A DNA stretch of 64,000 bases from Candidatus Sulfomarinibacteraceae bacterium (GCA_963796455.1 CAWCLO010000004.1:32001-96000); one strand, 5' to 3'; shown: positions 1 to 10,237, counted from the first letter of the stretch. Made by a program: numbers and translations. Notes: generated from the sequence alone by a model not told the origin.

Positions 1-414
1 GAGCGGCAGGAGCTGGTCTCCTAGGGAAGACGAGAGTACACGGACCCGGGTGCGAAGGCCCCAACGTTCCGTGGTCCAGCTTTCGAGTACTACGACTCGA
101 ACCCGGATGGCGGTGTCGGCTCCGATGACCTGATTTTCGAGGTGGCGGCGATCGGCTGCCGCATCGAGGCCCCGTCCCCCGACCAGGGCGAGACCCGCCA
201 TCAACCACAGCGCGCCGGTAGCCGCAGGCCCTCGTGATGAACTGCCGGCCAGGGCGGCGATCACGCCCAGAGCACCGCAGGCGGTGAGCAGCACGGCCAG
301 ATATCGGGGCCCTGGGGATGGTGTCAGAGCAGCGGCGGTTGCCGCGAGAACAGCGCCGGTCGTGAGCAGCCACAGAGGACGCAGGGCGCGCCGTTCCGCA
401 GCCTCGTCGGTCAC
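1..414 (-). CDS. N-terminal part of a membrane protein, possibly ComEC/Rec2-like (runs off window)
   Basis: GTG at 414-412 overlaps the stop of the upstream methyltransferase; open to position 1; MTDEAAERRALRPLWLLTTGAVLAATAAA... with several hydrophobic segments. Family call is tentative. Confidence 0.45.
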   Translation of the reverse strand, partial: MTDEAAERRALRPLWLLTTGAVLAATAAALTPSPGPRYLAVLLTACGALGVIAALAGSSSRGPAATGALWLMAGLALVGGRGLDAAADRRHLENQVIGADTAIRVRVVVLESWTTERWGLRTRVRVLSSSLGDQLLPL

Positions 415-1718
415 ATCTTCTCCAGCATTGCCAAGATCTCCACGTGGTGGGTGTGGGGGAAAAGATCGAAGAGCTCGATCGTGGTGAGTTGATAGCCGTT
501 GTCGAGCAGGTGGATTGCGTCGCGGCTCCAGGTGGCGGCATCACAGCCGAGCATCAGGATCCTCTGCGGCTGCCATTTCACGATCGAATTGAGCAACTCC
601 CGGGTCAATCCGGAGCGAGGGGGATCGGTGATGACGAGCGCTTTGGAAGGGAGATCGCTTTGGTCCCGGAGGATCTCCTCGGCGGTCACGCCGACCGCCA
701 CTTTCGCCTCGGGGAGGTTCTGCTGCGCTGCCTGTGCGGCTCCGAAGTGCGGTTCGGCAAGAAAGAGCTCGCGTGGACAGCGTGACGTTGCGGCAGCGGC
801 AAGGAAGCCCACTCCAGCGTGAAGATCGAAGACCGGCTCACCCTCGTCACCCGCGAGGTCGGCGACTCTCGAGAAGAGCGGTTCCAGGAGAAAACGGTTG
901 CCCTGGAAAAATGCCCCGATCGGGACTTCAAGCCGGGTGGCGAGCTCAAAAACGACCCGGTCGTCGCCCCATCCTGAACGAGGGTGACCGCTTCGCGACA
1001 ATCGATGAAAACCGGAAACGAAGTCAGAAACCTCGTCGCTCGTCGGTATCCAGGCGTTGGAGGTTTCTTTCGGACCTCCCTTGGCCGGTCGGATCGCGGC
1101 GACCGCGGTCGCGGGATCGCTCCCCTCCAACCATTCAATATCGACCGCGGCATCGCACCGTCGAGACAGGCTCTTGGAAAGCTCCGGCAACGCTCGCATC
1201 AGGAGAGGAGAAAGTATTCGGCAAGGCGAAATATCGGCGACCTCGTGGCTTTGGGCTTCATAAAAACCGAGTCTCTGCCGGGTGGGGTCCCAGTGAAGGC
1301 GAGCGCGGAGGCGTGAGGCGGCGGGGGAGGCGTGAAATATCGCCGCAGCGATGGCAGTTGAAAGCTCCGGTTTGGACCTTGCGGCGTCGGAAGCCATTGC
1401 AGCTTTGACCGGTCCACCCAATTGGGGGTCGACGTGGGGCCAGTCGCAACCGCCACAGCTGGAAGCGCTCGGGCAGGGGTCTTCGAGTCTGGCCGGGTGC
1501 GGGTTGCCGATGACCTGGAGACACCTGGCCTCGACGATTCCGGCTCGCCGCCTGGTGGCTTTGGCCCGGATCTTTTCGTCGGGCAATGCTGCGGTCACCA
1601 TCAGGGTTTCGCCGGCATGGTGCGCGAGACCTTGTCCGCCCCCGACCACCTTCTCGATGATGACCTCGAAATCATCCGATGCGGAATTGCGGCCGCCCGG
1701 GTCAAGCAATTCGTTCAT
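411..1718 (-). CDS. RlmD/TrmA-family RNA (uracil-5)-methyltransferase
   Basis: TRAM-like N-terminus, CPSASSCGGCDW Fe-S motif, DLHAGVG SAM motif, TDPPRSG, DLFPHTHHVE. Confidence 0.9.
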   Translation of the reverse strand: MNELLDPGGRNSASDDFEVIIEKVVGGGQGLAHHAGETLMVTAALPDEKIRAKATRRRAGIVEARCLQVIGNPHPARLEDPCPSASSCGGCDWPHVDPQLGGPVKAAMASDAARSKPELSTAIAAAIFHASPAASRLRARLHWDPTRQRLGFYEAQSHEVADISPCRILSPLLMRALPELSKSLSRRCDAAVDIEWLEGSDPATAVAAIRPAKGGPKETSNAWIPTSDEVSDFVSGFHRLSRSGHPRSGWGDDRVVFELATRLEVPIGAFFQGNRFLLEPLFSRVADLAGDEGEPVFDLHAGVGFLAAAATSRCPRELFLAEPHFGAAQAAQQNLPEAKVAVGVTAEEILRDQSDLPSKALVITDPPRSGLTRELLNSIVKWQPQRILMLGCDAATWSRDAIHLLDNGYQLTTIELFDLFPHTHHVEILAMLEKM

Positions 1719-2386
1719 CCGTCGATCTCCAGTCGTGGCAGGCGCAGCAATTCGCGGATATTTCGATCACGGTGGGCCCGGTAGGCGCGTTCTCGACCAT
1801 CGGCGGATGTGGTGCTCTGATCGGCGGCGGCCCGCGCACGATGCGCGACTTCATCGCGCTGCTTTTGATCGAGCAACTCGTAGCTGTTGGCGAGAAGCGC
1901 CGTTTCGAGCGCATACAGGTGTTCTCCGACGGTCTCGGGTGGGAGGTCGGCAGCCGCGGTGACGGAGCCGGCCATGCCTTTGATCAGCTCCGCAAGACGA
2001 GGATTGTATGCTTCAGCCTCTCGTGCCGAATCTTCGAGCCTCTCGGCCAGACGATGGAGCGCCGGGGTCTGATCGACGGTCTTTTCAGCAGCCTCCTCAT
2101 CGTGTGCACCGACGTGCATCTCCGCGATTTGTCGCGCCTGGGCGCGAACGGCGTGGCGGCAATAGCTCAGACTCACAACGGGTTCGCCATCTCCTCGATC
2201 CCGTCGCTTGGCGAAGGTTTCGGCGATCCCGGCCTGTACGGCGGCCAAGGGAATCTGATCATCCCACCATTGCCGCAGGAGATGGAAATCTTTTGGCGAC
2301 AGTGTGTGAGGCACGCCGCGCAAGGTCGCGAAGAAATCTTCGGCCGCGCGATAGTATTCGAGCTCACGGTCCTCCGGTGTCGCCAT
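1715..2386 (-). CDS. hypothetical protein
   Basis: 223-aa ORF overlapping the methyltransferase start by 4 bp. Confidence 0.7.
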   Translation of the reverse strand: MATPEDRELEYYRAAEDFFATLRGVPHTLSPKDFHLLRQWWDDQIPLAAVQAGIAETFAKRRDRGDGEPVVSLSYCRHAVRAQARQIAEMHVGAHDEEAAEKTVDQTPALHRLAERLEDSAREAEAYNPRLAELIKGMAGSVTAAADLPPETVGEHLYALETALLANSYELLDQKQRDEVAHRARAAADQSTTSADGRERAYRAHRDRNIRELLRLPRLEIDG

Positions 2387-2499
2387 GTCGAGAGTGTAGC
2401 CCGTTCCCGCCGCAGAACCAGCCCCGAGAGGATTTTGAAATGGAATCTCTTGAATAATACCGACTGAATGAATCGTAACGGTACAATACTGACTCAGAA

Positions 2500-4890
2500 A
2501 TGCGACGCATTTTTCGCCTGATTTTCGTCTTCTGCCTCGTCACGGGGGCTTCGTCGGTGCTTGCGGGCACCTGGGGTGCTTTGCCTGACGCGATCGCCCG
2601 ACTTCAGGTCAACCCGAATGATCGGGCCGCGGAAGGCGTGATCGCAGATGCCGAGGCGTCGATTTTGAACGAAATTGCGGCTGGGCGCCTTCCGGCCGTG
2701 GTGACCTTGATGGAGGTCTACGCGAGTCTTGTCATGCGTCTTCCCAGTGGTGAGCAGAGAATACAGTCACTTCAGAGGCGGGCGGCGGCCGCGCTGGTGA
2801 TTCATGGCAATCAGCAAAAAGCGTCCGATCTCGATGAAGCAGGAAGGTCTTGGACTCTTGCCGCTTCTTTTGATCCGTCGAGCGAGGCGGTCGAGCTTCT
2901 GCGGGGGTTGATTTTTCCGCCCGCCGAACCTGAAACCGGCGAGACCTGGATCTCAGAGCTCGACGGTGCCGCCCTGGTCTACCTGCCGCCCACGAGAGTT
3001 CGCATCGGATGTTCGGAACTGGATCGCCGCTGCCGCCAGAACGAGGTCTTTTTCCTCTGGCTCGAGGTGCCCGGCATCTGGGTCGAAACCACCGAGGTGA
3101 CGAACGATCGTTATCGTCGTTGCGTCGCAAGCGGTGGGTGCTCACTCCCGGCAAACGAGGAGGTCTTTAATGACCGCTCGGTGGGATCGCGACCCGTGGT
3201 TGGAGTGACATGGTTGCAAGCCCGGGATTTCGCGAGGTGGACTGGTCGAAGCCTTCCCACCGAGGCGGAGTGGGAACGCGCGGCTCGTGGCGATTCGACC
3301 CGCCGCCGATTCCCCTGGGGCTCCGCTCGTCGTCCGGACGCTGCCAACGTGTTGAGTGACGCGTTGAGCTATGGCGGAGGACCCATGGATGTGGGGTCAT
3401 TCGAGGCAAATCCGGAAGGAATTCATGATCTTGCCGGCAATGTCTGGGAGTGGTGCGAAGATCGTTATCAGCCGGGGCTCAAGGATCTTCCTTCTGACGG
3501 ATCTCCCCGGAAATCCGGAATCGGCCGGGTGGTTCGCGGCGGCTCGTGGCGGCGAACCATCGACCTCGCCCGGGTCTCGACCCGGTCCTGGTTCGACGAT
3601 GATTACCGAGCCGACGATCTGGGCTTCAGATGTTTTTCGCAACAAACCGGAAATCTCAGCGACGCCAGGGTGATCTCGACCGCCCGCCGGACGTTTCCGA
3701 TCGAGATCGAACCGGGGCGGGAACTCTTCGGGGTGCGGTTGAGCGCCGAAGATCGACGCTATCTCGAGCAACGGACGATTACCTGGCTGGTCCTCGAAGA
3801 ACGATCCGGCGAGGCGGTGTTGCAGGCGGAAAATCTGCTGCGTCGAGATCCCCGCGATCCTGCTGCCATCGAGTTGCTCGACTGGGTCGAGACGGAGTTG
3901 GCAAAGCGGGCTCAGGCGGGTGATGTAACGGTTTTTGCGGAGCTTCAGATCAGCTATCGCCGAGTCATTTCGTCCCATCCCCAATTTGGGCGCCGTGCAC
4001 GCGACTCGGATGTCCGGTTGGCTGCGGCGCTCCGCGCCTGCGGTGAGCGATACAGCCGGGATGGAAATCGGGAACGTGCGCGAGCCTGCTTTCAGGAGGG
4101 CCTGAGAATCGCTTCGGGCGACCCCGTATTGCGGCGCGGTCTCGAGGCCCTCGAGAACAGAGCGGGAGAGTTTCGCATCTGGTCAGGTGACGGCAAGCAG
4201 ATGTCCTGGGTGCCGGGCGATACCTTTCGATTCGGGGCCAGCCCGGGAGACCGGCAGGCCGCGACCGACGAGTTGCCCTCCAGCGAAATTCGGGTCGACG
4301 GATTTTGGATGGACCGCACCGAGGTCACGAATGAAGAATATCGTCGCTGCGTCGACGCGGGCGCATGTACCCCGCCGAATCGACCCGAGGTCTTTGATGA
4401 TCCGATGCGCAAAAACCACCCGGTTTTGTGGGTCAGTTGGCTCCAGGCCCGGAGTTATGCGGATTGGGCCGGGAAGCGGCTGCCAACGGAAGTCGAGTGG
4501 GAGCGGGCTGCCCGGGCCGGATCCACGACCCGGTATCCATGGGGAAATTCCTGGGACTCATCCAGGGCAAACGGCCTCGGGATTGAAGGAAATGACCGCT
4601 GGGTGCAAGATGCCCCGGTCGGCAGTTTCCCCGCAAATGTGTGGGGAATTCACGATCTCATCGGCAACGCGGCGGAGTACGTCCTCGATGTCTATCACCT
4701 GAGCTACGACGGATTGCCCCGTACCGGTCGACCCTGGGTGCAGGAAACAGGGTCCTTTAGCGAGCGCCAGCGAGTCATCCGCGGTGGGTCCTGGGCCGAT
4801 CAAGCTTCGCGCCACCGCGTTTCCCGCCGCGCCTCGAGGGTGGAGATGGACACGCATCGCGCCACCGGTTTCCGCTGCGTCGTCGACTGA
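2500..4890 (+). CDS. secreted protein with two FGE-sulfatase/SUMF1 (CLec-fold) domains and TPR-like helices
   Basis: Signal peptide; two copies of TEVTN..Y, LPTE.EWERAAR, DL.GN..E, V.RGGSW, GFRC. Confidence 0.9.
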   Translation: MRRIFRLIFVFCLVTGASSVLAGTWGALPDAIARLQVNPNDRAAEGVIADAEASILNEIAAGRLPAVVTLMEVYASLVMRLPSGEQRIQSLQRRAAAALVIHGNQQKASDLDEAGRSWTLAASFDPSSEAVELLRGLIFPPAEPETGETWISELDGAALVYLPPTRVRIGCSELDRRCRQNEVFFLWLEVPGIWVETTEVTNDRYRRCVASGGCSLPANEEVFNDRSVGSRPVVGVTWLQARDFARWTGRSLPTEAEWERAARGDSTRRRFPWGSARRPDAANVLSDALSYGGGPMDVGSFEANPEGIHDLAGNVWEWCEDRYQPGLKDLPSDGSPRKSGIGRVVRGGSWRRTIDLARVSTRSWFDDDYRADDLGFRCFSQQTGNLSDARVISTARRTFPIEIEPGRELFGVRLSAEDRRYLEQRTITWLVLEERSGEAVLQAENLLRRDPRDPAAIELLDWVETELAKRAQAGDVTVFAELQISYRRVISSHPQFGRRARDSDVRLAAALRACGERYSRDGNRERARACFQEGLRIASGDPVLRRGLEALENRAGEFRIWSGDGKQMSWVPGDTFRFGASPGDRQAATDELPSSEIRVDGFWMDRTEVTNEEYRRCVDAGACTPPNRPEVFDDPMRKNHPVLWVSWLQARSYADWAGKRLPTEVEWERAARAGSTTRYPWGNSWDSSRANGLGIEGNDRWVQDAPVGSFPANVWGIHDLIGNAAEYVLDVYHLSYDGLPRTGRPWVQETGSFSERQRVIRGGSWADQASRHRVSRRASRVEMDTHRATGFRCVVD

Positions 4891-5062
4891 AATCCCGACT
4901 TCGCTCTGCGGGTCGTCGCCGTGGCAGGTTCGCCCAATTTCGCCCGCAGATCACGCAGACGAGAAATCGCTATCGCTATCGATGTGACGACGATCCGCGG
5001 CTCGAGTCGGCCCCTTTGGATCGCTCGGGTAGGTTCGTCGCCCTCGACTCTTCCCGTCCTTT

Positions 5063-5105
5063 AGATCCTTCGACTACGGCTATGCCTCCGCTCAGGATGA
5101 CATCG
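5063..5105. repeat. right half of the cruciform repeat family (AGATCCTTCGACTACG...CGCTCAGGATGACATC)
   Basis: Matches the right arms of the copies at 20307, 58723 and 63449; left arm absent. Confidence 0.8.
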
Positions 5106-5202
5106 GGAAGGGCTCGTGCTGAATTGGGATGGCTTCGTAGCGACGGTAGCGGGGTTGTCGTGAGAAGGGGGCCGCGAGCGCCGGAGGCGCGACAGAATCT
5201 AA

Positions 5203-5323
5203 AGCCCATAGCCCCATAGCCCCATAGCCCATAGCCCCATAGCCCATAGCCCATAGCCCATAGCCCCATAGCCCATAGCCCATAGCCCATAGCCCATAGC
5301 CCTATAGCCTAGAGCCTAGAGCC
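5203..5323. repeat. tandem 7/8-mer array (AGCCCAT/AGCCCCAT), about 16 units
   Basis: Seen directly; grades into AGCCTAG units overlapping the stop codon of the 5316-6458 gene. Confidence 0.95.
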
Positions 5324-6458
5324 CGACCTTCTCCAGGATCTGATCCAACGCCTCGAGTTCACCTCGAGTGGTATAGAAATGCGGGGAGAACCGCACATTG
5401 CCCTGGCGAACCGAAACGATGACCCGGCGTTCTTCAAGCCGGCGGCGGGCCTCGGCCGGTCCGATCCCGGGGTGTCGGGCGGCGACGATTCCCGAGATCG
5501 GATGACCTGCCCCCGGCGAATAGACATCCCATCCATGAGCCAGCAGAATGCGGGTCAGCAAGCGGCTCAGCATTTCGACCCGTGTCTGGATGTTGTCGCG
5601 TTCGACGGCAGCGAGGATATCGAGGGCGGCCGCCAGTCCGGCAACGCCGATTTCGTTGGCCGCTCCCGGTTCAAATCGCCGGCCATCGCTGCGATGTTCG
5701 AGGTGGTCGAGAAAATAGTTTTTTGGCGCGAGCACCACGTTTCGCCAACCCGAGATGACCGGATGCAGTTTTTCGCGCAAGTGTGGCGTGGTGGCCATCA
5801 GACCGCAGCCCTCTGGACCGAGCAACCACTTGTGGCCGTCGGCAACCAGCGCATCCACTCCCAGAGTTCCCATGTGCATGGGCAGCACACCGAGACCCTG
5901 GATCGCATCAACCACCAGCAGCGTTCCGTGTTCGCGGCAGAGGCGGCTGAGCTGGGCCAGCGGGGCGATCCAACCACTGTGAAACGCGACCCACGAAACC
6001 GCGAGCACCCGGGTCCGGTCCCCGATCAACGATTCGACCACCTCCGGTTCGATCCGCCCATCCGGTTGCGGAAATCTCACCACCTCCACGCCCCGGCGTT
6101 GCAACCCGAGCCAGGGTGCGACGTTGGCAGCAAATTCTTCCGCGCCAACCAGAATTTCGTCGCCCTCTTCGAGATCCAGCCCCTCTGCGATCAGCGACAG
6201 GCCTTCTGAGGTGCTTTTGATGATCGAGATATCATCCGGGGCGCACCCGATCAGCTGGCTCCCGAGATGCCTGCAACCAAGCTGATTGTTGCGCCACTCG
6301 GAATTCTGATCAAAACCGGTCCGCTCCTGTTCGGTGATGCGCCGACGCATGGCCTCGGCCACCGGAGTCGGCAGCGGACACACGGCTGCGTGATCGAGGT
6401 ACAACGCGTGTTCACGAATCGGAAAGTCGGGCAACCAGCGGCCGAGATCGAAGGTCAT
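5316..6458 (-). CDS. class V aminotransferase / cysteine desulfurase-like PLP enzyme
   Basis: YLDHAA, VDAIQGLG, ADGHKWLLGPEG, RFEPG, RFSPHFY. Confidence 0.9.
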   Translation of the reverse strand: MTFDLGRWLPDFPIREHALYLDHAAVCPLPTPVAEAMRRRITEQERTGFDQNSEWRNNQLGCRHLGSQLIGCAPDDISIIKSTSEGLSLIAEGLDLEEGDEILVGAEEFAANVAPWLGLQRRGVEVVRFPQPDGRIEPEVVESLIGDRTRVLAVSWVAFHSGWIAPLAQLSRLCREHGTLLVVDAIQGLGVLPMHMGTLGVDALVADGHKWLLGPEGCGLMATTPHLREKLHPVISGWRNVVLAPKNYFLDHLEHRSDGRRFEPGAANEIGVAGLAAALDILAAVERDNIQTRVEMLSRLLTRILLAHGWDVYSPGAGHPISGIVAARHPGIGPAEARRRLEERRVIVSVRQGNVRFSPHFYTTRGELEALDQILEKVGL

Positions 6459-6649
6459 GGGGTGATCATACCGCGGGTTGTTGCGAATTCGGATGTGATG
6501 CCCGACCTTAAATAGTGGGGTTTTATCGTGGGCTATCGGCGGATCGCTGTTGCTGTCTCAATCGGAATAGCATTCGACGGATTGGCCGCCGAAATCCGCA
6601 ATCGAAACTGGAGCGATTTCCTGTTCTTCGGTTTTTTGATGAACGAGGC

Positions 6650-7330
6650 TCAGACGTTCGGCATCAGGTGAATTTTTTGGATCTGCAGCATGCCGACTTT
6701 GGTCAGTGCATCGGGGTCGCGGATGGCGAGTGGGATGAGGTCGATTTCGGCGATGCCGGTCGCATCCATATTCGGACCGCGCAGCAGACCGTGTCCGCAC
6801 ACCCTGCCCGTTGGTTCCCCGTGCCGGCTCATTCGCCGCGCCAACTCGATGATGGTCTCCCACTGCGCGGGCGGGAAGTTCGGTTGGCTCGAGAGGGGAT
6901 AGATGATGTAGCCGACCCTGGTTCGCAGGTTGGCGGCCTGGAGAAGATCCGATTCCGCCGCTGAGGCGAGGAATCGTTGGCTCACGACATAGGTGTGCTC
7001 GGGGTCGAGATCGCGGAGTACGGCGAGGTGCTCCTGATCGCTCAGGCGCACAGGGATGTCCGAGTCGCGGATGACGTCGTTGAGAAGGCCCTGAACGTGG
7101 TCCCCGATTTGCGACCCACCCTCGGCGGCGGCGGGAAACCAGTTTCCGGTCATCGGTTCGAGGCGAACCAGGTAGATGCCGAGACATGAGTCGGGCAGGC
7201 CGTTGCTGGATTTCGAACTCTGTACCATCGCTTGCCGCTGCGCCAGGCGGATCTCGGGGGGAAGAAATACCTTCAGAAATTCCATCCCTGCGAAGGGTCG
7301 ATCGACGGGTTGGTCCGTTGGTCCAGCCAT
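6650..7330 (-). CDS. hypothetical protein, possibly degenerate GGDEF-like fold
   Basis: IRDSDIPVRLSDQEHLAVL resembles the R.SD...R.GGDEF segment without the GG(D/E)EF motif; GGAG RBS upstream. Confidence 0.6.
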   Translation of the reverse strand: MAGPTDQPVDRPFAGMEFLKVFLPPEIRLAQRQAMVQSSKSSNGLPDSCLGIYLVRLEPMTGNWFPAAAEGGSQIGDHVQGLLNDVIRDSDIPVRLSDQEHLAVLRDLDPEHTYVVSQRFLASAAESDLLQAANLRTRVGYIIYPLSSQPNFPPAQWETIIELARRMSRHGEPTGRVCGHGLLRGPNMDATGIAEIDLIPLAIRDPDALTKVGMLQIQKIHLMPNV

Positions 7331-7425
7331 CTTTCGATCGTCTCAGAACCGGTCCTGTGAGTCAACGAAGCGATGTGACGCCTCTCATCAGAAGACGGTC
7401 TTTCGAGGCGATCGAGGTGTTTTTG

Positions 7426-9693
7426 TCAGTTCTTTTTCCGGAGCACGTTGAGCGCCGAACCAGCCTTGAACCATTCAACCTGTTCGTCATTCAACGTATG
7501 TTTGAGCTGGATCCGGTCTTCCGACCCGTCGGCGTGGTGGATGACGGCCGTGATCAGTTCTCCCGGGGCCAGTCCATCGAGGCCGGTCAGAGACAGACGA
7601 TCATCCACATGGATCTTTTCGTAGTCGGCTGGATCATTGAAGTGCAACGGCAGCATGCCCTGTTTCTTCAAATTGGTCTCGGCGATGCGTGCGAATGACC
7701 GGGCGATGACCGCCATTCCCGCCATGTGGCGGGGCTCCATGGCGGCGTGCTCGCGCGACGACCCTTCGCCATAATTCTCGTCAGCCACCGCAACCCAACG
7801 GATACCGCGTTCCTTGTACGAACGGGCGAGCTTGGGCAGCGACACCGCCTCGCCGGTTTCGATGTCGATTCCGTGGCCGGGTTCGTCGGCAAAGGAGTTG
7901 ATTGCGCCGAGGAAAAGATTGTCCGAAATGTTGTCGAGGTGGCCGCGGAATCTGAGCCATGGGCCGGCTTGTGAGATGTGGTCTGTAGTGCACTTGCCTT
8001 TGGCTTTGAGAAGCACAGGCATGCGCTCGTAGTCCTTGCCGTCCCAGGCGGCAAAAGGCGTGAGCAGCTGCAGCCTTTCCGATCCTTCCGCAACGCTGAC
8101 CTCGACCGAAGATCGATCTTCCGGGGGCGCCTGATATCCGTCGGCCTTGAATATGAAACCGTCAGCCGGCACTTCGGGAGCGGCCGCCGGTGGATTGAGA
8201 GTGTATTTCGAGCCGTCCTCTGCGGTCAGTTCATCGGTCAGTGGGTTGACCGAAAGATAGCCTGCCAGGGCGAAGGCAACCACGATCTCCGGGCTCGAGA
8301 TGAAGCTGTTGGTCTGCGGGTTGCCGTCATTTCGTTTGGCAAAATTGCGGTTGAAGGAGCTGATGATCGAGTTGACATCTCCGTCACTGATGTCGTCGCG
8401 ATGCCATTGTCCGATGCACGGTCCGCAAGCGTTGGCCAGGACGGTTCCTCCGAGTTTGGTGAATGTTTCCAGTTGGCCGTCCCGTTCGATGGTGGCCTCG
8501 ATCTGCTCCGAGCCTGGGGTCACCCAGAGTGTTGATCGGGTTTTCGCGCCGTGGGAAATGGCCTGGTTGGCCACATCGGCGGCCCGGGTGAGGTCTTCGT
8601 AGGAGGAATTGGTGCAGGATCCGATGAGGCCTGCGGTCAGATTGTCGGGATAGTTGTTTTTCGCCGTATCAGCCGCCATTTCGGAGACCGGTCGCGCCAG
8701 ATCGGGCGAGAAGGGGCCGACGATGTGCGGTTCGAGGGTATCGAGATCGATTTCAATCACCAGGTCGAAATAGGATTCCGGGTTCTCCGCGATTTCGGGA
8801 TCCGCGGTCAGCAGGTCCTTGTTGGCCTCTGCCAGCGTTGCGATGCGCGCTCGCTGGGTGGCGTCGAGATAGGTCTTTGCTCGTTCGTCATAGGGGAAGA
8901 TCGAGGTGGTGGCGCCGAGTTCGGCTCCCATATTGGTGATCGTGCCCTTACCGGTGGTCGAGATCGACGAGGTTCCGGGTCCGAAATACTCGATGATCCG
9001 ATTCGTCCCGCCCTTGACCGTGAGGATGCTGAGCAGCTTGAGAATCACGTCCTTGGGTGACGTCCAGCCGCTGAGGCTGCCGGTGAGTTTGACACCGACG
9101 ATCTCCGGCTGCAGAACCTCCCAGTTGAAGCCTGCCATGACGTCCACCGCGTCCGCGCCGCCGACGCCGACGGCAATCATTCCGAGACCGCCGGCATTCG
9201 GAGTGTGGGAATCGGTGCCGATCATCATCCCGCCGGGGAAGGCATAGTTTTCGAGAACCACCTGGTGGATGATGCCGGAGCCGGGTTTCCAGAACCCGAG
9301 GCCGTAGCGTGCCGAGACCGTCTTCAGAAAGTCGTAGACCTCGCGGTTGCGATCGATTGCCGATGCCACATCTTCGTCGGCTCCCGACCGGGCAAGAATC
9401 AAATGATCGCAGTGGACGGTTGAGGGGACCGCAGTTGAATCGCGTCCCGAGAGCATGAACTGGAGCAGGGCCATCTGCGCCGTTGCGTCTTGCATCGCGA
9501 CCCTATCGGGGCGCAACTGCAGATATGCCTTGCCTCGGTCCAGTTCTTCTTCGGGGTCTGCGAGGTGACCGAATACGACCTTTTCGGCCAGGGTGAGCGG
9601 TCGACCGAGACGTTTCCGGATGACGGAGAGGCGTTCGCGAGTGGTGTCGTAAACCGACTGAACGAATTCCGGGGTGGTCTCGATGGTTTGCAT
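7426..9693 (-). CDS. acnA: aconitate hydratase (mitochondrial-like type)
   Basis: [57 protein letters not shown]; start set at MQTIE after AAGGAG. Confidence 0.95.
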   Translation of the reverse strand: MQTIETTPEFVQSVYDTTRERLSVIRKRLGRPLTLAEKVVFGHLADPEEELDRGKAYLQLRPDRVAMQDATAQMALLQFMLSGRDSTAVPSTVHCDHLILARSGADEDVASAIDRNREVYDFLKTVSARYGLGFWKPGSGIIHQVVLENYAFPGGMMIGTDSHTPNAGGLGMIAVGVGGADAVDVMAGFNWEVLQPEIVGVKLTGSLSGWTSPKDVILKLLSILTVKGGTNRIIEYFGPGTSSISTTGKGTITNMGAELGATTSIFPYDERAKTYLDATQRARIATLAEANKDLLTADPEIAENPESYFDLVIEIDLDTLEPHIVGPFSPDLARPVSEMAADTAKNNYPDNLTAGLIGSCTNSSYEDLTRAADVANQAISHGAKTRSTLWVTPGSEQIEATIERDGQLETFTKLGGTVLANACGPCIGQWHRDDISDGDVNSIISSFNRNFAKRNDGNPQTNSFISSPEIVVAFALAGYLSVNPLTDELTAEDGSKYTLNPPAAAPEVPADGFIFKADGYQAPPEDRSSVEVSVAEGSERLQLLTPFAAWDGKDYERMPVLLKAKGKCTTDHISQAGPWLRFRGHLDNISDNLFLGAINSFADEPGHGIDIETGEAVSLPKLARSYKERGIRWVAVADENYGEGSSREHAAMEPRHMAGMAVIARSFARIAETNLKKQGMLPLHFNDPADYEKIHVDDRLSLTGLDGLAPGELITAVIHHADGSEDRIQLKHTLNDEQVEWFKAGSALNVLRKKN

Positions 9694-9795
9694 GTGGCTC
9701 TCCTTGGAGTTGTTTGTGGTTTGCATCAACGGCCGATACAACGCCGGGGTGCGACGGGTATTCTACACCCACTTGTGACGGGGGCGGAACCAGTA

Positions 9796-10100
9796 TCCGG
9801 CATCACTCGTGTCTACCAGAGGGGCAGCAGCGACAGAGAACAGCGATCAGCGGCAGCGGTCAGGAGTACAGGCGACGAAGTGGCAACCTCCTGGTCGTTC
9901 AACGAAAGGAACGGCCGTTGTGGTGTAGGCGTCTCGCCTGCACACCGTGCGGCCGAGACGGCCGCACCACAAAGGCCGGAGCCCCGAAGAAGTGAGTGCT
10001 GTTCGCTGTCCCGGCCGTTGATCGCCGACGCCGACGACTGAACGCTGACGCTGACTACTGTCCACTGTCCCTGCTTGCCGTCCCTGGCGCTGTTTCTGAA
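9796..10100 (+). mobile_element. ORF-less derivative of the four-helix-bundle element containing a REP doublet
   Basis: Left end, CAG arrays and ...CAGGAGTACAGGCGACGAAGTGGCAACCTCCTGGTCGTTCAAC match the full copies; GAAGTGAGTGCTG plus CTG arrays match the post-stop region of copy C. Confidence 0.75.
9919..9971. repeat. inverted pair of 25-bp REP-like units (REPIN-like)
   Basis: TGTGGTGTAGGCGTCTCGCCTGCAC and the inverted GTGCGGCCGAGACGGCCGCACCACA, each with an internal hairpin. Confidence 0.75.
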
Positions 10101-10237
10101 ATCTGTCCAAGACAGAGTCTCGGCTGGCGTTCAGGGACGGCGACAGCGATCAGCGTCAGGGACAGGGAACAGCAATCAGTGTTCAGCGTCAGCGAACAGA
10201 AGTCAGCGTCACGTTTGACTGGCATGGGGCCCTGAAA

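Noticed and set aside
4976..5290. ORFs translated through repeat arrays (also the 58433-58615 extension, 20446-20820, 54198-54299 extension, 63655-63948)
   Set aside because: Low-complexity translations of tandem repeats (GYGLWAM, PLLLCSSA) without RBS or domain signal.
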